Part shown: positions 50,356 through 61,768 of the stretch, one piece after another
Position numbering within the stretch: the first letter of the stretch is position 1
How the letters are laid out: every line of letters begins with the position of its first letter
Assembly: GCA_904063045.1 (NCBI GenBank)
Contig: CAJFCJ010000002.1
Location: 2,289,891-2,353,890, forward strand
Direction: 5' to 3'
DNA length: 64,000 bases
Source: Dimorphilus gyrociliatus
Lineage: Eukaryota; Animalia; Annelida
Made by a program: the position numbers and the translations under genes
The notes under the pieces: model-generated
The model's input: only the letters and a program-made list of their open reading frames with translations
Told to the model about the DNA's origin: nothing
Databases searched by the model: none

Positions 50356-53300
50356 ATGAAGCAGTCGGCACTTTTGCTTTTAGTTTCTTTAGCATTTACT
50401 GGTAAGTAAAAATACAGAATCAGATTATTTATTCAATCAGAAAAAATTTATTAAATCATAAATTTCACAGCTGCAATCGACTATTCTACTCTTCCCGAAA
50501 TCTCCTACAAGGGCAGAACTTTGGGATCCACTGACAGACTTATTTACAAGTACGAAAATGACATTTTGAACGGAATCAATGGCGTATCTGAACAATATGC
50601 TGGACTTAAAATCAGAGCTGACTTGGTTGTCGAAATGGAATCTGATATGGGATTCAAATGCCAATTGCAAAATGTCCAACTTTTGGGCGTTAAGCGCATG
50701 GAATTACCCACTCCATTCGATCAACCAATCAGAGGTGAAATGACTCCTTTGACCAACGTTGATGAATTGATCGAACAACTTGAATTGCCCTTCGGAGCTA
50801 AATTCACCGAACAGAGAATCGTCTCTGGCCAAATCTATTGTCACAGACAAGACACTGAATGGTCCAGAAACGTAAAGAGATCCATCATCTCTACTCTCCA
50901 AATCAACGTTCCACAATACAAACTCAAGGAAAACCAACTCGTCAACTTCGAAGAACGTGATGTTGTTGGAACTTGCGAAAGCAGCGTTGTTGTCTCCAGA
51001 GTCAACCCTGAAGATGAGACCGAAATCGCTTTGACCAAGGTTCGCAACTTTAACAACTGCCGCAACGCCGAAGTTGCCCCAATCTACAAATATTCCTTGT
51101 CTGGTGTTTCTATGTGCAATGATCTCCCAGAAAGAAGCTTGGAATGCAAATACCAAGTTGTTCCATCTAACAGAGTTGAATACAGACTCCGTAGAGTTAG
51201 CGGAAACTCCAAATGGGAACATATGTTCACCGCTGTTCAACAAAAGACCGTCTACTTTTTGCCAATGACCCAACAAACCACCACCACCATGGCAATCTAT
51301 GGTCTCCAAAGATTCATGTTGGAAACTATCCAATCTGAATCCAGAAGAGAAACCCCAATCCCAGAATTGGAAGAAACCACCTACAGACGTTACGACATCG
51401 AATTTGAAGTCAACGAAAAACAATTGCTCCCAGAACAAATTGTTAAGGAAACCGAACTTTCCGAAACTGAACAAGAACAATTGGTAAAAACCATTGTTTC
51501 CGAAATCAATAGCCTCCACCAACACATCAGAGTTGGATCCGAAGAAGTTAAGCAACAATTGGAAAGAACTGTTGGCTTGATCAGAAAATGCACTCCACAA
51601 ATGTTGACCACAATCTACAAAGAACTTTCTGAAAAAGAAAAACAACTAATCTTTGCCGACTTGCTCCCAACTTGTGGAACCCCAGAATGCGTTCAAGTTA
51701 TTCTTGAAGCCATCAAAACCGAAAGAGTACCCCTCCTTAAGGCTGTCAGCTACATCAAGATGATCGCTTTGAACGCTCAACCAAACAAGAGAATCATCAA
51801 GCACATCATGGTAAGTAGGATAAACACCCTCTTTTACGAGTAAACCCAAACCCACTTAGGACTAGATCGGCATTTAGTACAGGCTCCAGGTTTGGCTGTA
51901 CATATAACAGCTGGAAAATGTGTAGCCAAAGTTTGGGTCCGTATTAGAGGGCGACAACCATCAATAAGATACCCCTTATATATATATATATATATATAAT
52001 TTATAGATATAGATACATATAAAGTATATATTTTTATATATATATATATTTTCTAATAGTGTACTTAGTCCATTAATTGGTATTTTTATTCCCTTGTTAG
52101 ACTCTTGGACAAAACGTTGAAAAGAAGACCCTTAAGAGACCATTGATACTCGCTGTCGGTACTTTGACCAACAGACTTCTCCAAGTTTACCAAGTTGCTG
52201 GAAAGGAAGAAAAAATCATCAACTTTGTTGAAGAAATCCAAGATTCCTTGATCAGAATTGTCAAGAGCGAAACCAGAAATGTTGAACTCTGCAGATGTGC
52301 CCTTAAGGCTCTTGGAAACATGAAATGCAGCGAAAACAAATACTACGAAATCATTAAGCTTATTGAAAAAACCGAAGTTCCAAGAGAATTGAGAATCGAA
52401 GCTGTTGAAGCTTTAAGAAAGACCATTTCCACCCGCAGAGTTGAGGAAATCCTCCTCAGAGTCTTCCTTAACATTAGAGAAGATGTTGAATTGAGAATGT
52501 ACGCCGTTGAAAGATTGATCGATCAACAATGCAGTCTTGAAACTCTCCAAGTTATCATTCAACACCTTCAAAACGAGCCAGACATGAACTTGCAATCCTA
52601 TACTTACTCTCTCTTGAAGACTCTTTCCGAAATCGAAACCCCATCCCCAATCTACTATAAATTCATCGAAAAACTTAGACTCTTGATGATCACCAACAGA
52701 CTCCCAACCTTCTCCCCAAAATACTCTCACACCTTGAAGGCCTGGAACCTCGATCTTGAATCCAAGACCGGAATCTACGCCTACTTGCAATATACCTACA
52801 GCAGAGTTTCCCAAGTTATCCCAACCTGGCTTAAACTTAAGACCTTCACCCCAACCATGGGACATTACACCAGACTTTTGGAAGTCTCCATGAGAATCCA
52901 AGGATTGAACGAATATACCGAAAAATTCCTCGGCAGAAAACTGAACTTGATCCCACAATTGTTTAGCGAAGATATGTCTTTCGAAAGACTCACTCAACTC
53001 TTTACCGATGAAGAAATGAAGATGCCAAGAGAATTCTTGAACTACTTCATGAACAACAAACATACTTACAACACCATGGATGTTAATGAACCAACCGGAT
53101 TAGAGATTAACGTCCGTCTTTTCGACTACGATCTCATGTTCGCTGATTTCGAATGCCTTAAGGAAATTGTTATGGATACCATTGAAAAACTCATGTCTAC
53201 CGCCATGAGAGGATCTCCCATGGAACAAGTTAAGGAAATAGTTGAAAGACTTCACCAAGGAGTCAGAATCCAAACCACCAACATCTATTCCTCCGTAAAT

Positions 53301-55664
53301 GCCATGACTTTGGTCCCAACCCCAACCGGATTTGCTTCTGCTTGGAACACCACTTTCGCCTGGATCAGTCACCTTAATGGAAAACTCCAAATCCAAACTA
53401 GACCATCCCTCAGAGAATGTATTGAAGAGAGAAGACTCCCCCAAAAGATCGTCATCAAGACCAATGGACAAACCTTCCAACAAAGAACTATCACCTTCTT
53501 CAGAAACAAGTTGGTCAGCATGATCCCACAATTGTCCCAAGGAGTTATGTATGAAGGATTCCTCAGCACCTCCCTCCCAATCAATGGTGAATGGCAACTT
53601 GTCCAAGGATCTGATAGAAATACCTTGATGATCCAAGGATTGTACGTACCATCCACTGAACATAGACCAACCATTGTCTCATACATCAGACCAGTCACTT
53701 TCGTCGAATACCCAGAACACGAACACTTGACTCCTCTTGTATCCAAGATGACCACCGAACCATACACCATCGAAAAATTCATTGAATTGCCATACCTTGC
53801 AAAGAACTTGAAACTCCAAATCCAATCTTGCATCAGAAAGACTCCCGTATCCTCTCTTGTTCCTTTCGCTTGCCCCAACAAGATGGAACTCGTTTTGGAA
53901 CCAATTGTCCCAACCCCAGTTAGATTCAGTTTGGAACTTAGACCATTCCAAACCATCCAAAGACCAGAAACCGGAGTTTACGAAACCTTGAGAAAGGCTT
54001 TGTTCGGTGAAGAAGAAGTCAAATACGCTTTGGAAGATAATGAATCCCGTATCTCTTACACTTTCGGAAGAGGCAGTGAAGGAAGAACTGTCTACAAGAA
54101 CTCTCTCAGATTGAGAATCGTCCATGACACCACCACCGATCTTTCCATTGCTGAGCCTAAGGCTGATTTCACTTTCCATTGGGTCTTTACCCCTGAATTC
54201 ACTCAACATCAATTCGCTTTGATGATGAAACAATCCGTCCTCCCTGAATTGTACGTCAAGGGACATTTGATCGTTCCATCTCTCTGCATGAACAGCATGT
54301 GCGAAAGACAAGAATTCGCTGGACTCACCACCTTCTTGAACAGACGCCGTGTATCCATGGTCAAATTGTTTGTTGATGATGTAGAATCAATCAACAAATT
54401 CCTCGGAATCCAAAACGAAAGATGCTTCAACAGACAAACACAATCTTTGAAGAAAATCCTTCCCGAAACCATCCGCATGAAGGTCCAGACCAGCCCAGTT
54501 GCATTGCACTTCATTCCAGAAGGACTTGTTAACACTTTGGTTGTAGCTCAAGAAACTCTTCTCCAAGGTCTCAGAAAGGTTTCCGATGTATCCCTTAGAT
54601 ACCTCCCATCTCTTCCCCTCACTGAAACTGAAATGTACATGAAGATGTGCCCAGCTTTGGGCAAAGTTGACATTGTTGCCAACTTGATGAAACACTCCAT
54701 CAGAATCACCAACATCCGAGCTTTCCAATACTTGACTCCCCAAGTTCTTCCAGTTCCAGTTAACACTCAACCACAACCCATCCGTCAAATCTTCCCCGCC
54801 GGTCTTTCCAGATCCCTCTGTGTCAAGACAAGCAAATTTGTCAAGACCTTCGAAAATGTTGAATACCACACCAACGAAGAAACTGAATGCGAATCCGTCT
54901 TGGTCAAGGACTGCCGTCGTATGCCAAAATGGATGATCACTTCCAAGATCTTCTCTAACGCTCACCAACAAATCAATGCCTACTATGGCAACGAACAAAA
55001 ACTCGAACTCGTCCCAAGCACCTGGGGAGAACTTCCAGAAGTTAGAATCAACGGAGAACGCAAAGAAATCGAAGAATTCTCTACCCTTAGAATCCCAGCC
55101 AAATACAACCCAACTTTCATCACCTGCACTAAGGAAGGAAGACAACTTGTCTGCGAATGCGAAACTCTCGGATGGAAGATTGTCAGCGACAGCTACAAAG
55201 TTAAGGTAACCGTTGCCCCAGAAATCAGAAACTACGTCTGCGGTCAATGCGGCAATGATGATGGAGTTATGGATACCGGAAAACTCACTTCCCACACTAT
55301 CTCATTGAGATCAAAATGTAGAGTTGAACGTGAACCACTCAGAGAATGTCAACCAATCTACAAACACAAAGTTAGACAACAAACTAACCCAAGAGGACCA
55401 AACAAGGTCTGCATCTCCGTCCTTGCCTTCCCAGAATGCTCCAAGAACTGCCAAGTAGTCGAAAAATTCTCCAGAGGCAAATTGCAACCAGTCAAATACT
55501 ATTGTATGGAGAAGGAATACGCCATCAGCAAGGGATACTTGCCAGAATCTTTCGAAGGTGAAAGCGTCGAATCTGTAGGAGATCTCGAAAGAGACAGCAG
55601 CTTTGAAGTTATGACTGAAAGACTCTTGGACGTTGTCGATACCTGCAAGGTTAGAGGATGGTAA
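50356..55664 (+). CDS. Vg: Vitellogenin / large lipid transfer protein (about 1650 aa; LPD_N, DUF1943-like, VWD)
   Basis: Signal-peptide exon 50356-50401; exons 50471-51810 and 52101-55664. LIYKYE N-sheet, EERDVVGTCES, KVRNFNNC, helical domain ALKALGN...LRIEAVEALR, C-terminal VWD with VCGQCGN and Cys-rich tail. Very strong codon bias. Confidence 0.92.
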
Positions 55665-57017
55665 GAAGATATCATATGAACTTAATTGGAAATGTATAAT
55701 GGACTCAGCATTTTATTAAAATTTAATTGTTTTTGGACCTAAAAAGGTTACAAATGCTGTTAACGTTTAATAAAATATAAAAACAAAAATTTAGCATAAA
55801 AAAAACTAAAAAAATTGATTTTTTTCTGCTTAAATGTACTTAAGTAATAATTTTAACTTATTAAAAATAAAATTCATTTATGATCCCAAAAAAATATTAA
55901 AAAAAAAGTGTATTTTATTTTTTTCTATCGCCTGCTCCAGTAAAAAATAGATCTTCCTTTCTAGTCATTTTCTCTTATTCACTTTCCTTCTCTTTCTTCT
56001 ACCTCTTCATCTACTCTCTCTTCATCTTCTTCCTCTTCATCTTACTTAAGGAAAAGCTTAATCTTGGGAAATACTCTCTTCTCTATTTGATAAACGAGCC
56101 TTAAGAACACTTTTTTGCTGAAATGCCTCTGTCATTATTTAATTTATATTGATCAAAGGAGTAATTGTTTTTTTCAATAGTAAACAATCTCGTATTAATT
56201 AGTTTTACTTGGGGGAAATCAGGGTGAAAAAGGCGTTAATAAACAAGACGATATTTACATAGAATATTGAATGGAATAAGATAAAAGTGTGATTAAGAGA
56301 GAACGGTATTTTTTATGATAGAATGCTAAAACATTTGTATGATGGGAAGGGGTCTCATCAATTTAATTCTAAAAATAGTAAATTTTCCATTCAATACGAA
56401 ACAAGAATTGAATGTTAATGAAATATAATTCTTCAAACAGAAGAAAGATATTAATTAGTTTGTTAACGTCTTAAATTAAAGGGTTTTTTCTATCAATTAA
56501 CATATACTTAATAGATTTCATGACAATAAATAGTATAATTGATCTTTAGATTTTTTTCCTGTGATGGCAAATTGACGTAATTTATATTTACCGTTAAATA
56601 AGGATTTATCGGTAAATATGACAACATTCTTTTAGTAAGAAAATTTAATATAATAAAAGAGATATACTGTATATAGTATACTTTATATATACAAATATTA
56701 ATATTGCAGACCGTACACAGTGTATTATATAAAATTTTATTAACAATAAGACGATAAATTAGATTCGAACTATGATAGTTCTTTTGTATTTTCAAACAGA
56801 ATAGGTGAATTAATGAAAAAAAAGAGAAGGGAAATAGAAAGAATAAGGGGAAATTACTTTAGAAAAGTTTGTTATTGGAAATTTAGTAAAGGTTCGATAA
56901 ATGTTTACAAAAAGACTAAGGGCAAAGGTTCAATTGATCGAAAAATAAACATTGTTAATTTCCTTTTGTCGACACATACAAATCCCTAAATTTAAGTAGA
57001 TTCCAATATTTTTATTT

Positions 57018-58070
57018 CTATTGTATTCCGACAGATGGTGTTTTGCAAACTCTGATGAATGGCTTTTTAAGGAATTCTCTAAAATCTAGATTAAAAATTA
57101 AAAACGAAACAGGAGTACCTATAACACTACAATTTAATACTGAAATAGATATTAAAGAAACACTAGTCATAGATTTGTAAAGTCCTTCTATAATAAATGG
57201 AGACAACGATATTAGAGAAAAACAACTTAAGGTAAATAAAACTTTTGTGGCCTTAATTGACTTTTTTACTGTTTCGAATTTACTACTATTAACTTTATGC
57301 TTGACTAAACATATCTTAAATATGATAAATGTATAAGAAAAACATTGTAAAAAAAGACAGATGGCGATATGAACAGCTAGAAGTTGAATAGCAATGCATG
57401 TTTCGAAGTAGCAAGTCCATGTTGCAATATTCCGACTTTCTGCTATGCAAATACAAACAATATAAATCCCAAAGACAGTAGTAAAAAACTTTCTATATTT
57501 ATTTATAGATGATATTAAAAGAGTGTGATACAATCTATCAAATGCAATTATAGTCTGCAAACCAATAGTAACAACTAGTCCTATAATTGATGCTAAATTA
57601 CCTGCATAGGAAGGAATTTCGTCTGTAAACTAAATAAATAAAAGAAATAGTTAATGACAAAAAAGATTAATAGATTTATATAAATAATCTTTCAATACTA
57701 ATGGTAGAAAACTCACAAATTCCATAGTTGTGTTCCTCCAGGCAAAAATTATTCCCGAAGAATTTATACTTATAATAGTTAATATTAGTAATACAACTGA
57801 TAGAGATAAGATACAATTCATAAGTAAGTATATAATTATTATCCATTTTGAAAAATTATCATTGAATTTCTTTGAGACTTTCACAAGAAATATAATTAAT
57901 AGAAGAGAACCAAAAAAGCCAAGTAGATTACTGAACGTCGCAAAAATTTGATAAAATATATTATTGAGTTTATTAAACCTTACAGATAAAATATTGCTTT
58001 CTGTTGTATTTATGATAGTTTCTGTCATAATGTAAGAAAAAAAATACCATAAAATATTCTTATAAGTCAT
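57018..58070 (-). CDS. Divergent class A GPCR-like 7TM protein (orphan / chemoreceptor-like)
   Basis: Exons 58070(or 58028)-57717 and 57629-57018, phase 0. N-terminal NTT sequon, about seven hydrophobic segments, IAFDRL at the end of TM3, KATKVLF..SLSPF in TM6, NLDFREFLKK helix 8. Confidence 0.72.
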
Positions 58071-58709
58071 TATATAATAAGTTTATTATAAAATGTGTAA
58101 ATATAAATCCATTATTATAATGGCATTTAATGACTCCATTGACAAGAAATACGGAAAGTTGTTTTTAAATTGAAGTTTTGAATATTTTATATTGTATTTA
58201 GTTATTATTAAATATATATATATACATGTATATGTATATATAATGTATATTTAAATGAATTGTATATGTACGTATATTTACATGTGTATATATGTCAATA
58301 CTTGTATATTATATCTATATTTACGTAAATATCCTCCGAGTTAAGAACATATATATACTAGCGAGCTTGAACAATCAAGTATAAAATAAAATTTTATTTG
58401 ATAGATGTCGCTTTCGACTTAGATAATCGATCTAGTTTCATATAGGTATTAACGATCAATACTTTCACGCTCTCATCTTGTTCCACTTTGTTAGGAGGAC
58501 CCCTTTGAAACAATAGAATAGGAAGGAACTATTCGATAATATAGATTAGGTAAGGTTAATCAATTTAGCATTGATTCATACAGACTCCACCCATTCTTTT
58601 TTACTCTTCCATCTGTATATAAATATATTATATATGTGCTTGCAAACATTCTCTCACTCATTTATTAAAACTGGACAACGGCTTAAACAAAAGCCACCAA
58701 AGTTCTTAA

Positions 58710-59416
58710 ATGAACGATAAAAATGATTCAGTTTCTAACGATTCTTTTTCTTCATATGACGACAATGAAGATGATAGTACCAGGGTTGTATTTATGGAAT
58801 TACACGAGGCAGCAGCTAACGGAGATTCAGAAAAATTGGCCGATATTATCCAAGTAAGATTTGACTAAATTATACCGTAATCATGGGCACAAGTAGATAT
58901 AAAACACTTTAAAGGACTTTGCCAGCTGATTCAATTTCAGTTTGATATTGGTTACTACTTAAAAACAAATAAACTTATTGTTTGTTTATTGATAACGCTT
59001 TTTTATCTACAGTTAGGAAAACATAATATTAACGAGGCTGATCAAGATTGGAATGGAAAAACTCCGCTACACTGGGCCTGCAGCAAAGGGAATTTAGATT
59101 GTGCCAAAGTCTTACTTTCATCAGGTGCTGATTCAAGTCCAAGAATGCACGGAGGATGGACACCAGCTCATTCAGCAGCCGAAACTGGTAAACTGCAAAT
59201 TTTAAAGTTACTACAGACTTATAAAGCACCTTTAAACCTTATTGACGATTTCGGAGACAGTCCAAAGAGAATTGCTCAAACTTACGGTCATACGGAATGC
59301 GAACAATTTTTGCAAGCGTAAATATATACGATAACCAACAAATTGTATTCGTTCATATTGTTAATTGTATATTTTATACTTTCAGAATTGAAAAGGAACA
59401 GGATATTAATCAATAA
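58710..59416 (+). CDS. ANKRD66: Ankyrin repeat domain-containing protein 66-like
   Basis: Exons 58710-58853, 59013-59317, 59386-59416. ELHEAAANGD, DQDWNGKTPLHWAC, GWTPAHSAAETG, DDFGDSPKRIAQTYG resemble the ANKRD66 pattern as I recall it. Confidence 0.82.
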
Positions 59417-60633
59417 ACTCTAGTACTATATATAAAAGGCATATTTCCGAGACTTTCCACAAATCGAGTCATGCAAAAGGATCTTTGAAATCCATGACCC
59501 CTCCTCTTTGATAATCCTTTATAAAGATCTTTACCACGAGTACTTTTTAAATCTCCTTTTACTAATAAAAATGCTTCTGTGCATTGGCATAATTCTGCTA
59601 TCATAAAACTCATTGCTATATCTTCACAAGCCTGCCATCTATCAATGACGTCTTTCCATTTTAAAACATATGTCTGATAAAGTACGTAATAATTCCTATG
59701 AAGGAAGATTGAGTTTGCAAGAATAAACGAAGATCGACCCCGTCGAGGAGCACCAACATATTCGAAAGTATAAGGTGCCAATATATTATAACCCCTTGCC
59801 TGAAATCCTATCATCTTTAAAGGGTTCTTCTATCAAGGAATAAGCAAATAAGATCTTATATATACTGTATAAATATAAACGTATATATATAAATATATAT
59901 AGACACATTTCCTTTACCTTCCATAATTCAAATGCCTCAGTAAATGAAGGTTCTGATATAATTACATCATCGTCTATATTGAACACAGCTTTTGTAGTTA
60001 TCTTTGGAAAAGGAAAATAACGAAACCTAATCAAATTAGGCATATGATAAAACCAGACATCTTTCGCCAAACATGATTTTTGGTGTGAGAATGTTGTATA
60101 ATTAAGATATTCTTCCTTATCTGGTCTTTCTTCGTTAAACCAAACAACAATTATAGTCTCAACATTCTTAAACTTGCAAAAGTGTGACAAAGATAGATGT
60201 AAGGCCAAAGGGCGCTTAAAAGTGGGTATAACTAATGAATAAGTCGTTTCATTTGTAGTAAAATTATTTAATCCATCATACGAAACGACTTCTGGATTTT
60301 TTACGTCAAGTTTACGAAAATCAATTACAAAGTCATCGACTTTGTATTTAAGAGGTTTTTGTTTTGAAAGTTGCGGAACGTCAAATAATTCCTGCTTTTC
60401 TGTTAAAGTGGAACTAACATCTCCATCAAACAAAACTTCTTTGTCCTATTAACAATAGTAGGAAACAATATTTAGTGAAATAAGTCATTTAAAAATAGCT
60501 TTTATATATAGATAAAAAATTATTGATTTACCTTCCAAAACGTCTCTTTAATTAGATAACAAAACGATATAAAGCCATAAATACTAAAAATCCATAAAAA
60601 AATTGTGACTAAAAAAGACGCTCTTGTCTTCAT
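59410..60633 (-). CDS. EXTL2: Glycosyltransferase family 64, EXTL2-like alpha-N-acetylhexosaminyltransferase
   Basis: Exons 60633-60532 (TM anchor), 60445-59918, 59829-59410. YSLVIPTFKR, IIVVWFN, RFRYFPF, AVFNIDDDV (DxD), MIGFQARG, CEDIAMSF, H..RSFC. Confidence 0.87.
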
Positions 60634-61768
60634 TTTATATGCAGATGAAAATTATCTAATTTCATATAAACAAATAGTTATCAGCATCTTAAGTCTTTCA
60701 ATATGAAAAATATGTACTTTAACAGTTAAAAAACAAGCCAATAACGTCTATCTTGATAAATAATGCTCGAGTATCAACATCTTATGATATTTTCATCAAT
60801 TTCATTAAAACTGTCTGTAAAGGATAGTTTAATTTTATATTACATTAATAAGTATATTTGAAATGATATTCAGGTGAACGTCTAAAATATTCACTGTTTT
60901 ATATTATTAGTATTGAAAAGTAAAATTGATAATGAATAATCAGAATTCCTCTTCCTTAATCCTTAAATGTTTAATTGTTTAGTGTATTTATACAGTATAT
61001 CTTTATGTATAATTAATATGACTCTATTCATATACTGTATATGAATCTAAATAAATCTATGATTCCTTTTTCTGACTGGGAAGTTGAACATAACAATGAA
61101 AAGTTACAATTTAGTAAATGAATTATAAATTTGATAGATAGTTTAGGTTGTTTTCTCTGGTGAACAGACACTCTATGTCGTTTTCGTTAGCTAAAACACT
61201 TGATTGAATTATTCGATACTTCTCTATTCACTTAGTGCTTGAATATATTAAGTATAATTTCTAAGAAATAGAGGAATATCTATTATTGACAAATTAATTG
61301 CAATAACAAGTTTTCGCGCGTATGTGAGGTTCTAGCAAAAAATATAAATGAATGTACACACACCTGATTTTTCTGTCTGTATTAATTTCTCCTAATATTT
61401 GTGTTGTTTAGAAAATTAATATTAGTATCGATGCTGTATGATAACGTTTAAGATAGCATTTGTAATATTACTTGACTTATTCATATATTACGCCAGATTC
61501 ACGTGCTCACCTATACAATATACTTTCAATTTATAACAATTAAAATAGTTCTTTAAAAATATATTTATATCAGACTTTTCTAAAGTTATTAAAAATATTT
61601 TATTGATTTTAAAAAATACAATTTTTGTTTTCTTTCTATTGTCAAAATGTTATCGAAAAATGTTTATTTAACATAAGCGCGCAATAATGGAAACGGTAAA
61701 GTAGTTCCGTGTTTCCGTTTCTGCCGTTGGAGCCATTACTACCTTTTTTACGCTCAAAAATAATCAAC

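Noticed and set aside
50704-55295. Long minus-strand ORFs (up to 313 aa) over vitellogenin
   Set aside because: Antisense shadows of codon bias (few TTA/CTA/TCA codons); no motifs or splice signals.
57359-57366. AGATGGCG inside the GPCR CDS
   Set aside because: Explained by codons for HIAIC on the coding strand; not counted as regulatory.
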